From: Macrostomum lignano | Taxonomy: Eukaryota | Assembly: GCA_002269645.1 (NCBI GenBank) | Contig: NIVC01000646.1 | Span: 248,001 to 312,000 of the forward strand | Length of the DNA stretch: 64,000 nt | Reading direction: 5' to 3' | Shown: positions 37,072 through 47,630 of the stretch, piece by piece | Layout: each line of letters begins with the position of its first letter | Position numbering within the stretch: the first letter of the stretch is position 1 | Notes under the pieces: model-generated | Databases searched by the model: none | What the model was told of the DNA's origin: nothing | What the model saw: only the letters and a program-made list of their open reading frames with translations | Program-made: the position numbers and the translations under genes

Positions 37072-38097
37072 AACTCCAGCACAACTCCAACACAACTCCA
37101 GCACAACTCCAGCACAACTCCAGCACAACTCCAACACAATCCCAGCACAACTCCAGCACAACTCCAACACAATCCCAGCACAACTCCAGCACAACTCCAA
37201 CACAATCCCAGCACAACTCCAGCACAACTCCAGCACAACTCCAGCACAACTCCAGCACAACTCCAGCACAACTCCAGCACAACTCCAGCACAACTCCAGC
37301 ACAACTCCAGCACAACTCCAGCACAACTCCAGCACAACTCCAACACAATCCCAGCACAACTCCAGCACAACTCCAACACAATCCCAGCACAACTCCAACA
37401 CAACCCCAGCACAACTCCAGCACAACTCCAGCACAACTCCAACACAACCCCAGCACAACTCCAGCACAACTCCAGCACAACTCCAACACAACCCCAGCAC
37501 AACTCCAGCACAACTCCAACACAATCCCAGCACAACTCCAACACAACCCCAGCACAACTCCAACACAACTCCAGCACAACCCCAACAAAACACCCAGCAC
37601 AACCCGAGCAAAACACCCAGCACAACCCCAACACAACACCCAGAACAACCCCAACAAAACACCCAGCACAACCCCAACACAACACCCAGCACAACCCCAA
37701 CACAACACCCAGCACAACCCCAACACAACACCCAGCACAACCCCAACACAACACCCAGCACAACCCCAACACAACACCCAGCACAACCCCAACACAACAC
37801 CCAGCACAACCCCAACACAACACCCAGAACAACCCCAACAAAACACCCAGCACAACCCCAACAAAACACCCAGCACAACCCCAACACAACACCCAGCACA
37901 ACCCCAACACAACACCCAGCACAACCCCAACACAACACCCAGCACAACCCCAACACAACACCCAGCACAACCCCAACAAAACACCCAGCACAACCCCAAC
38001 AAAACACCCAGCACAACCCCAACAAAACACCCAGCACAACCCCAACACAACACCCAGCACAACCCCAACAAAACACCCAGCACAACCCAACAAAACA
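37072..38097. repeat. CA-rich array switching from an 11-bp to a 24-bp unit
   Basis: CAGCACAACTC units up to about 37575, then CAGCACAACCCCAACACAACACCC units. Confidence 0.95.
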
Positions 38098-39435
38098 CTT
38101 TAGTGCCCCAAAGCAAAACATGAATACGCGATGTTGGCGAAAGCGAAAGCAGTAACGAGGCCTCCAAAGCCGAAGCAACAACGGGAAAGCGCGCGAAAGA
38201 AAAAAATTAAAGGAAACGGAACATAGAAAAGCTGATGCCAACGTCAAACGAGAGATCCCACACCTCTAGCAAACACGACGGAAGCCGCCAAGCCCTGCTG
38301 CGACTGCGGGAGATACCGCTGCACTGAGTCGCTCTTCCAGTCACCGATCCGCATGATGTCGGACACCGGCACACCCAACACCGAGGCCCAAGTCGCGCCG
38401 CCACGGCGGAGGCTGTGGGCTGAGAAGTGCTCACGCCTGAAGCCCGCAGCCCCTAGCTTGTCCGCTAGGAAGCGATCGAGCTGCCTGCCTGTCAGCAGCC
38501 GCTGGTTGCCTCCGGCGTCGCGATAAGTGAACAGAGGCGCATCAGCCGATTGCAGATTATTGAATCTTGCGTGCTGCTCGATTGCTAACACCGGGCACAG
38601 CGAAGTCCGCCTCACTAGCCTTGGTAGAAGCACCTGGTGCACCCGCTCTTTGAACTGGAGAGTCTTCCCTTGCTCCAGGCGCAAGATCAGACCTCTCGGG
38701 TGTCGAAAGATATCAGCGCAGCGCACCCGTGCCGGACCTTTTCCCGAAGTCGGCAGCACGCTGGATTTTCGAAGCATGCCCCACCAACAGCAGATGGTGA
38801 CTGCCCAGCATGCCAGCTGAAGCCCGTCAGAACGACTGACTCGCTGATGAATCTCCGACAACATGAGCGGCGATGCTGGTCGTTTTCTCGACACCCGAAG
38901 TCCCAGCTCTCGCTTGGCGCCTCGCAGGAGGAGAGCATGCTTTGTCAGATCTGGTGCAGAGTTGACGCGAAACCATACGGACAGCGAGCTGGCGACAGAA
39001 GCAACGCTGCCGTACGCTCGCAAACGCGTCCCGACTAGGCTGGCCAGGTAGTCGAGCAGGCTGTTTAGCGGACAGGATACAGGACTGCAGCGGGTCTGCT
39101 TGCAGTAAGCTAGCCACTCACGGGTGTGCCTTGCCACCGCCTGCCTCGACCGTGGTGCATAGGAGACGCCTAGCAGCGACGCGGCCCGGCGGCTGAGAGA
39201 TTCTGGCGCAGCTGGACGGCCTGAAAATGAAGAAAGTGGGCAGAGGCAGGGCAGAAAGCATGTCGATGCATTGATTGCAAAAAAAAGAACTGCGCGAAAA
39301 CACTGCCAGCTCAGCAGCGCGGCTGGAATAACACCCCCCTCGCCGGCGGAGGGGTGGGCGCCCGACTAAACAACACAGAACGTACACACGCGGCGGGGGG
39401 GGGGCGCACAGACGCAGCGCGCTTGGGCACTAAAG
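38098..39435 (-). mobile_element. Putative compact tyrosine-recombinase-only element
   Basis: CTTTAGTGCCC (38098-38108) and GGGCACTAAAG (39425-39435) form a perfect 11-bp inverted repeat around the YR gene; no gag, RT or RNase H nearby. Confidence 0.45.
38244..39220 (-). CDS. Tyrosine recombinase (phage-integrase fold), DIRS/Ngaro-like
   Basis: Catalytic residues intact: R (GMLRK), K (GKT), HSLR, W (GDW), Y (QRY). The frame stays open upstream of the GTG at 39137 (SRRAASLLGVSYAPRSR) to a strong acceptor at 39221-39222; no in-frame ATG near the 5' end. Confidence 0.9.
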
Positions 39436-39897
39436 CCGGTTTGCTCAACGCAAGCCTAGCGCAAACCGCAGCCCAACATAACACCCAACACAAATCACAA
39501 CTTTAGCACCACACAAATTAGCACAGCAAGCACAGCACCGCCCCAGTACAACACTTTCAATGCAGCATTTTGGCTCTTTTAGAATGTTCAGTTTTAATAT
39601 GTACTTTTAGCCAACGGCAGAAAACGAACGCAAGGCTTACACAGCAGTTGCTTTAACAACAATAATCTGATTGACAAGACCAAAGTTTGCAGCACTTTAC
39701 GAGCCGACGGCCTGTGCCAAGCGGCCATAGACGCTCAATCTGAGCACTGGGTGGTGCCTGAGGCAGTTGTCTATGGCCATAAGTGAATCAGTGCCAGGGG
39801 CTCCTAAAGCCCGAACCCGATGCTTAGGACTGACTCTCGCTCATGCTGTCAGTGCTTGATCGGAACGTTACCCATTTCTAGCTCGCACGCTAAACAG

Positions 39898-40568
39898 ATG
39901 CAAAGGCTATTGAAGTTTTTTAAGAAAGACGCGGTCAACACTGCCGAAGATATTGCCGAAGAACCACAAGCTTTTGTTAAAACTGCTTCAGAAATTCAAG
40001 AAGACGACTGCGACGACAAACCAACTACTGAAGTTGAGGACACCGAAGGCAAGGATATGACAGCGGCTGACCAGCAGGAAAATGACAGAGACTCGGCGAA
40101 GGTGGAAGAAGCTGCTGGCAACGAAGAACAACAAAAGCAGCAAGAACAAAAGAAGCAGGAGGCGGAGAAGCCGCATGCCCAGATAATGGACTTCAAGGAG
40201 ACTACGACGACGAATGAAGTTTGCAGTGCTGCATCATCCGATAAGTTGATAAGTCCACACGGAGACGCTGTCTATGGTAGTGCCGTCAGCGAGGATCTGC
40301 AGACGACAGCAACCGCCAGCACTAACAGCGGCAGCGGCAGCATCATCACCAGTAGTAGCAAAGGTGTAGGCGTTGTAAATGGCGAAGTTGGCGGCAGCAA
40401 CAGCGTCAGCGTCTCGGACAGCTGCAGCTGGGAAACGAAGACCAAGGACGCTGGTAAGGTTGCAGAGAATGGCGACACGGCCAGAATCAACGCCAAGGCT
40501 GAGGAGTCCGGCTGCGACCTGGCGCTAAAGCTCGGCAAGCCGGAAGTGATTCACCCGCTGCAGAATTC
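39898..40568 (+). CDS. eIF4E: eIF4E, exon 1 (long acidic N-terminal extension)
   Basis: Open frame ending ...EVIHPLQN-S|GTAAG. An alternative in-frame ATG lies at 39820; the 39898 ATG is directly preceded by a CAG acceptor-like sequence. Confidence 0.75.
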
Positions 40569-40635
40569 GTAAGCATTTAGTTGGATTTTCTAATTTATAG
40601 ACTCAATTATTGAGCCGTCAGTTTTCCACTTCCAG

Positions 40636-41155
40636 CTGGGGCATCTGGTGCTTCATGCAGAACCGCAGTCAGGACTGGCACGAGAACGTCCGGCACATCA
40701 GCAATTTCTCCTCCGTGGAGGACTTCTGGTCGCTGTTCAATCACATCCAGACGGTGGACAATCTGCCTGTCGGCTGCGACTATTACATCTTCAAGGCGAG
40801 CATTCAACCCATGTGGGAGGACCGCGCCAATATCAACGGCGGCCGCTGGCTGCTGAAGGTGCCGCACTCGCATCCAACATTCGTACAGCTGTGGATTGAG
40901 ACTCTGCTGCTGCTAGTTGGCGAGGCGTTCGAATCCGAGTCCGAATCGGTCTGCGGCGCCGTGGCGCAGGTCCGGCGCGGCTTCAACAAGATCAGCATTT
41001 GGACTAGGGATGCCGCCAATCGTGGCGCCTGCATGCGCATCGGCTACAGGTGGAAGGCCTGCCTAAAGGCCGCCGCCCCCATTCATTACGAGGCTCACCT
41101 GGAGGTCAACAGGAAGAACGGACGGCGCAGCAAGAGCGTCTACTCCATCAACTGA
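40636..41155 (+). CDS. eIF4E: eIF4E class I cap-binding domain, exon 2
   Basis: 67-bp GT-AG intron; HPLQNSWGIW...QDW...VEDFWSLFNHI...PMWED..NINGGRW...KISIW with all class I tryptophans. Confidence 0.95.
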
Positions 41156-41324
41156 CTGACGGGGTTCGGCGGGGCAGCTTACTGATGCTCATTAGCTTGG
41201 ACAACTTTGTTGCTAGTTCATTAGGATATGATCACACAGTTGACTCCGGTTCAATGATTGCCGCATTAATACAGTTGGAAATTTGATTAAAATACGGTCT
41301 GCGAATGTCACGTCAAATCTTTGT

Positions 41325-42741
41325 GTCATTAGAGGCCGGGGGGTCTGTGTGCACCTTGGCGCACTTTAAGCGACATTGACGAGAGGCATTGCTGCCCATT
41401 CCGCCCGACTCCCCTGAGCAGGTGTTGTACTCGCGGGCTGCGATCTCGTCTAGCCCGGTCGTTTTGTTTCCCCGGGGTAGCGGGTTCGGTGCGGGACTGC
41501 CCCGGGCGCGCGGCGGAGGGATGGACAGAGGACGAACGACTGGCGCTCCTCGAGGCGGATGGCCACTCCGAGGGGAAGAGGAAGAGATGCGACCCGGGGC
41601 GCACAGGCACTCCTTGGTCACGGAAGGCTCGGGGTACTTCCGCGGTCAGCGGAGCGGATAGCCACTCAGAGCCGGCCCGGGAGTCACCGAGATGAATGTG
41701 AAACGAGGTGAAGGTGAAGGATTGGCCGGGGCGTACAGACACTCCGGACCAATCAAGAGATACGAGGTGATGGATTAGCTGGGGCGTACAGACACTCCAA
41801 GCCAATCGAAGAGTGCAGGTGAGCAAGGGGGTGAGTAGGTGAAGCGATGAGGCGGCGAGGATGGAGGGAAGACACGTGCAGAGAGCCCCAAAAAACGCGA
41901 ACGCAACCCGAATAAACGTAATTTAAGCTCACCGGGCGGGGTCGAACCGACTCATACGGCGTGGCGCAGTTTATTTAGCCGTTTTAATAACTGTTCTGGT
42001 AGCTCGGAGACGGCGGGTGGCACGGATTCGCTTGCTACGAAGTGTTCCGATAGTTTACTGGGCTCGTGCAGTTTTGTACTTTTATGATAGTTTTCTTACT
42101 CAGTTGCTGGTGTAGCTCTAACCGCAAAAACCAAGCAGCGTGCCACCGGCCGGCTCCAAGCCAGCTAATAAATAGTATGCCAAAAAATGGGGGAGTGGGC
42201 CAAACCGGCCTGAGCGCAAATACTCACACAACAGAACCCCGCGAGCACCCCACCCTAGCCCAGCCAATCAAAACATGCGCTGGGTAAGGCTTTACGAACG
42301 GGGGGTAGAAAAGCGAGGGTCTGCCGGCCCAGCCAGCCAATCAGAGCACACGCCGGCTGCCCAAAACCAAAGCCGGCTGAACCAACTCAAACCAGCTAGG
42401 CCGGCAGACCGGGCGGTTCGCATGCACAAAAAAACATGTTGATGAGAAGGTCATTGTGGCGCAGGCCACAACACAGGCACACAAGCGCGCGGATACGTAC
42501 GCAGTCATACGCACAGGCACACACTCACACAGGAGTGCACAGTGGCCCTAACTTTATTTATCGTTAGGCATGTACACTTCACTGCGCCTTGGGGGTTGGC
42601 CCTCAAGCTGGGCGTTAATTGCACGAGCAGAGCCAAGCCGAGATTCCAATTTAGCCCCAAATTAATGTGACTGCACTGGGAATCGAGCCTGGGCCGCTGG
42701 CACTTCAGAGCGCCGCGCTGGACCACTGGGCTACGGCCCCC
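41325..42741 (-). mobile_element. tRNA-derived SINE (family A) split by a solo LTR
   Basis: Head GGGGCCGTAGCCCAGTGGTCC...GGCTCGATTCCC at the right end; the two halves rejoin to match the 22222-22575 copy. Confidence 0.85.
41423..42473. mobile_element. Solo LTR (Ty3/Gypsy-like), 1051 bp
   Basis: TGTTGT...ACAACA termini, 4-bp TSD CAGG (41419-41422 and 42474-42477), internal AATAAA (41911) and CCAAT boxes. Confidence 0.85.
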
Positions 42742-43538
42742 AGACTAATGAAGCTGAAATCCACTCAGAGATTTTTGAACGCAGAAAATTTCCCGATATT
42801 TTTTACAGATACTACTGTGATTAGCATATACGAGCTTTGCAGATTTACTCAAAACAAGTTATCAAGTTAGCTATATATCGAAACGGTATTTAGTTTAGCA
42901 TGCGTGTAAAGTGCGTATTAATAGACTAATCGCTCGGCCCGGTTAATGTAGTGAATTTCATCGGTTTCCTTAAATTGTTCATTCATTAGCCGCAGCTGTC
43001 ATTGCGGCAACCTTTTCAGTGTGGCTCAATGACTATTAGAGCGAGAGAGAGCAGCAGTCCATGGCAACACGAAGGCCACTCATTGGCCTTCACTGAGTGA
43101 GAAGAGAGCAAAGTATCGCGGCTTTTCTCATTGAGTCTTCGCGTACGCCTGAGCTGCATCGCCCAGGCCCCCCGCCGCCACCAGTGCCACGCTCCCATTA
43201 TTCCCATTATGAAGAGAGGCAGCCTCTTCAGCGCTCATTAGTCCAACAGAGGGTGAGCGAGCAGTGCTAGACAGGGCAGAGAGGCTCTGCAGAGTAATAG
43301 GATTGGGTTGGGGGGCAGAAGCAACGGTGAGAGAAGGAGAGAGAGGGGGGAGGCAAGCCCACAGCGCTGTCGGCAAGGCAATGCGAATGTACGGCTAAAG
43401 GGCCAGCATAAGACGGGGCGATAAGCCTGACGAAGCGGCAAGCTGAAGGCGATAAAACTGCAGGAGCTCGTTGCAGAGTCTTCGAAAGAAAGTAATTTGT
43501 GCTAACAGAAAGTTTATTTCAAATTCAAATCAACAGCT

Positions 43539-44702
43539 ATGAGCAAGAAACCGGTGCAGATCCCGCCTGGCTTCAAGGAGCTGCTGCAGGAGTTCACCGT
43601 CGCCGTGCTGCGCGAGGCGCCCGACAATGTCGTTGACTTCGCCATCGACTACTTCACCCGGATGCGGCTCAAACGGATGCACCACTCTGAGGCTGGCGGG
43701 GACGACGAGGCCGGCAGCGAGGCCGCCGGCTCCGAGGCCGAGTCCGACTTCGACGAGCCGATGCCACCGCCAATGCAGAGTCGGGGACCTCGCCGAGTAG
43801 CCGTGGCTGGCGAGAGCTTCGACCCGGAGAAAGAAGACGACGACGACACCCCGATCCCCATCCACCCGAAGACGGAGGACCAGCGGTGCCGGCTGAACGA
43901 GGCCGTCAAGCACATCCTGCTGTTCCGCTGCCTGGACGAGGACCAGATGCATGACGTCATCAACGCCATGTTCGAGCGGCGCTGCCAACCAGGCGACCGG
44001 ATCATCACGCAGGGCGAGGACGGCGACAATTTCTACGTGATCGAGTCGGGAGTCTACGACATCTACGTCCTGATCAACGGCCAGGACACCAAGGTCGGGA
44101 AGTACGACAACCAGGGCTCCTTCGGCGAGCTCGCGCTGATGTACAACGCTCCGCGGGCTGCCACCATCCAGTGCGCCTCCCCCGGCAGCATCTGGGCGAT
44201 GGACCGCGACACTTTCCGCCGTCTGGTGCTGAAGAAGGCCTTCCAGAAGCGAGTGATGTACGAGAACCTCATCGACTCCGTGCCGCTGCTCAAGGAGCTG
44301 GCGCCCTACGAACGGATGAACGTCGCCGATGCGCTGAAGTCGAAGGCCTACGCTGACGGCGACCGGATCATCGCGCAGGGCGAGCCCGGCAACGAGATGT
44401 ACTTTGTAGAGGAGGGCGAGGTCCGCATAACGCGGCGCTCGGCTGACGGCGACGAAGTGGAGATCTCGCGCCTGCAGAAGGGCGGCTACTTCGGCGAGCT
44501 GGCCCTGCTGACCAAGCAGCCGCGGGCCGCCAATGTCTACGCCTGCGGCGGCCGCTGCAAAGTTGCCGTGCTGGACGTCGGCTCCTTCGAGCGGCTGCTC
44601 GGCCCCTGCCTGGACATCATGCGCCGCTCCATCGACAACTACCAGCAGCAGCTCACCAGCCTGTTCGGCAGTCTGGAGGCCGTGCCCGACCTGCGCGGCT
44701 GA
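43539..44702 (+). CDS. PRKAR2: cAMP-dependent protein kinase type II regulatory subunit (intronless)
   Basis: RII-type D/D domain (IPPGFKELLQEFTVAVLR) and two cyclic-nucleotide-binding domains with intact phosphate-binding cassettes (FGELALMYNAPRAAT, FGELALLTKQPRAAN). Confidence 0.96.
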   Translation: MSKKPVQIPPGFKELLQEFTVAVLREAPDNVVDFAIDYFTRMRLKRMHHSEAGGDDEAGSEAAGSEAESDFDEPMPPPMQSRGPRRVAVAGESFDPEKEDDDDTPIPIHPKTEDQRCRLNEAVKHILLFRCLDEDQMHDVINAMFERRCQPGDRIITQGEDGDNFYVIESGVYDIYVLINGQDTKVGKYDNQGSFGELALMYNAPRAATIQCASPGSIWAMDRDTFRRLVLKKAFQKRVMYENLIDSVPLLKELAPYERMNVADALKSKAYADGDRIIAQGEPGNEMYFVEEGEVRITRRSADGDEVEISRLQKGGYFGELALLTKQPRAANVYACGGRCKVAVLDVGSFERLLGPCLDIMRRSIDNYQQQLTSLFGSLEAVPDLRG

Positions 44703-45414
44703 AGCTGGAGCAGTTCTCACACACACTCAGACTCTCTCTCTTTCTCCAGCAGTCCCGAGGCGCCCCTGGTCGCCTCTTTGACTTTTTGTTCAACTTTTGT
44801 TACTTTTTCCACTTCCAATGATTGCTCGACGATAAATTGGATTAAAGAATTAACTAGGAGAAGGCAAAGAGGATTATTGCGATTTCTTGTAGCAATTGTA
44901 ATATTTCGCTCAGCAAAGCTGTTCCGCAGATGAGAAAGCGTACGAAGATATTAGCTCCCCGTGTATATTGCTTTTCAACTCGTTTTCATCGATTTTGACT
45001 TCTATTAGTAGCTTCAGTGCTATGCTTGGAAAATATATTATATACGAGTCCGCTGGGACCTAGGCGTAGCAATGCTCCCTCGCCTTCCTCTGTTTCTGCT
45101 TTGTCTCTGCATAAAAAGCTTTTCCCGCATTAAGTTTCTAGTGCTGAATTAACTGCAGGAAAAAGCTAATTAATGGTGGGGTTAACAGAAATATATCAAA
45201 CTGTGAATTTAGCATTGCAGATCTCAGTGAGTGCTCGATCGGGTCGGCTTTTATTCCGCGAAGTAAATCACCGCCTTTTCATTTGGGCTGCGCGTTTGCA
45301 CGCATTAATTAGAGAGTTCGGCATGCGATAAGCCTTATTAATGGGCTCTGAGAGAAGCACTGCAGCCTCGCCTTTACTTTTAACCCGCTCTTCGCTCTCG
45401 CTGCTGCTCTCATC

Positions 45415-46745
45415 TGCTCCTCTCATGCCTCCTCTCCTCTCCTCTCCTCTCCTCTCCTCTCCTCTCCTCTCCTCTCCTCTCCTCTCCTCTCCTCTCCTCT
45501 CCTCTCCTCTCCTCTCCTCTCCTCTCCTCTCCTCTCTCTCCTCTCCTCTCCTCTCTTCTCCTCTCCTCTCCTCCCTCTCCTCTCCTCTCCTCTTCTCTCC
45601 TCCCTCTCCTCTCCTCTCCTCTCCTCCCCTCTCCTCTCCTCTCCTCTCCTCTCCTCTCTCTCCTCTCCTCTCCTCTCCTCTCCTCTCCTCCCCTCCTCTC
45701 CTCTCCTCTCCTCTCCTCTCCTCTCCTCTTCTCCTCTCCTCTCCTCTCCCCCCTCTCCTCTCCTCTCATGCCTCCTCTCCTCTCCTCTCCTCCCTCTCTC
45801 TCCTCTCATGCCTCCTCTCCTCTCCTCTCCTCCCTCTCCTCTCCTCTCCTCTCTCTCCTCTCCTCTCCTCTCCTCTCCTCTCCTCTCCTCTCCTCTCCTC
45901 TCCTCTCCTCTCCTCTCCTCTCCTCTCCTCTCCTCTCCTCTTCTCCTCTCCTCTCCTCTCCTCCCTCTCCTCTCCTCTCCTCTCCTCTCCTCTCCTCTCC
46001 TCTCCTCTTCTCCTCTCCTCTCCTCTCCTCCTCTCCTCCTCTCCTCTCATGCCTCCTCTCCTCTCCTCTCCTCTCCTCTCTCCTCTCCTCTCCTCTCCTC
46101 TCCTCTCCTCTCCTCTCCTCTCCTCTCCTCTCCTCTCCTCTCCTCTCATCTCCTCTCCTCTCATCTCATCTCCTCCCTCTCCTCTCCTCTCATGCCTCCT
46201 CTCCTCTCCTCTCCTCCTCCTCTCCTCTCCTCTCCCTCTCTCCTCTCCTCTCCTCTCCTCTCCTCTCCTCTCCTCTCCTCTCCTCTCCTCTCCTCTCCTC
46301 TCCTCTCCTCTCCTCTCCTCTCCTCTCCTCTCTCCTCTCCTCTCCTCTCCTCTCTCCTCTCCTCTCCTCTCCTCCCTCTCCTCTCCTCTCCTCTCCTCTC
46401 CTCTCCTCTCCTCTCCTCTTCTCCTCTCCTCTCCTCTCCTCCCTCTCCTTTTCTCTCCTCTCCTCTCCTCTCCTCTCCTCTCCTCTCCTCTCTCCTCTCC
46501 TCTCCTCTCCTCTCCTCTCCTCTCCTCTCCTCTCATGCCTCCTCTCCTCTCCTCTCCTCTCTCCTCTCCTCTCCTCTCCTCTCCTCTCCTCTCCTCTCCT
46601 CTCCTCTCCTCTCATCTCCTCTCCTCTCCTCTCATCTCCTCTCCTCTCCTCTCCTCTCCTCTCCTCCCTCTCCTCTCCTCTCCTCTCATCTCCTCTCCTC
46701 TCCTCTCCTCTTCTCTCTCCTCTCATCTCCTCTCCTCTCCTCTCC
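45415..46745. repeat. (CTCCT)n microsatellite, about 1.3 kb
   Basis: Direct reading. Confidence 0.97.
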
Positions 46746-47394
46746 AAATAGCTCATATTGAATATTGTCTGGTTCATGTGCAGTGGCAGACCACAATTTG
46801 CATAAGACTCATCCGTGTGAGATTATTCTGCAATGCAAAATTCGCAATCAAGTATTCCGAATTTGTTGCAATGCAAACTTCTCCAAAGTCTCTATCTTTT
46901 TACTGGATCTGCAGCTCACAAATTTAAACCGCTGCTCATATGCTCCCAAGCAGAAAGCCAGAAGAAGAAGACCAGCAAGCATTCTATACTAGATAAGGCG
47001 CATTGCTGCCTGTCAGATAGATAAACATGCCCAGCTCTGCATTGCATTTGCACGCTCCGCCGCCAATTTAAAGTGACAAAACTGTCTTCTTGGCTACCTT
47101 CTTCTTGCTATGCTGTTCCTTGCAGCACAGAGCAGTGGTTTTAATAGGCACAATATAATTTTTCATTGCTGCCTTTCATAGTCCAGTTGCCTCTGAGACA
47201 TTGTACAGGCTTGCTGTCACAGCTTACAGATTGAGCAATAGAATGGGGGCGTGGCGGCTGGGGGAGGGGGGTTGCTATTCAGCTAGTGAGCAGTCACCGT
47301 ATGCTTTGACGTCAGCAGTTGCTTGCTGCTTTGAATGCGTATAGAGGCGGAGTTTTGGATAAAACATGAGAGAGGAGAGGCGGATATGGAAAGA

Positions 47395-47630
47395 GAGGAA
47401 AGGAGAGGAGAGGAGAGGAGAGGAGAGGAGAGAGAAGAGGAGAGGAGAGGAGAGGAGAGGAGAGGAGAGGAGAGGAGAGGAGAGGAGAGGAGAGGAGAGG
47501 AGAGGGAGGAGAGGAGAGGAGAGGAGAGGAGAGGAGAGGAGAGGAGAGGAGAGGAGAGGAGAGGAGAGGAGAGGAAACAAGAAGAGAAGAGATGAGAAAA
47601 AAAGAGATGAGAGGAGATAAGAGGAGAGGA
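47395..47630. repeat. (GAGGA)n microsatellite
   Basis: Direct reading. Confidence 0.95.

Noticed and set aside
38244-39137. Prophage or bacterial integrase (contamination or HGT)
   Set aside because: The motifs fit eukaryotic DIRS/Ngaro recombinases, the flanks are host-type repeats and spliced genes, and no phage genes are nearby.
43016-43441. Short minus-strand ORFs head-to-head with PKA-R
   Set aside because: No homology and no downstream exon; more likely promoter or UTR sequence.
7944-44702. GPCR, PKA-R and SIK as a functional cAMP-pathway gene cluster
   Set aside because: They are interspersed with unrelated genes, and three signalling genes within 37 kb is plausible by chance; conserved synteny would be needed.
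43530-44726. 398-aa antisense ORF
   Set aside because: Shadow of the GC3-rich PKA-R coding sequence; the same applies to antisense ORFs over the SIK, eIF4E and islet exons.
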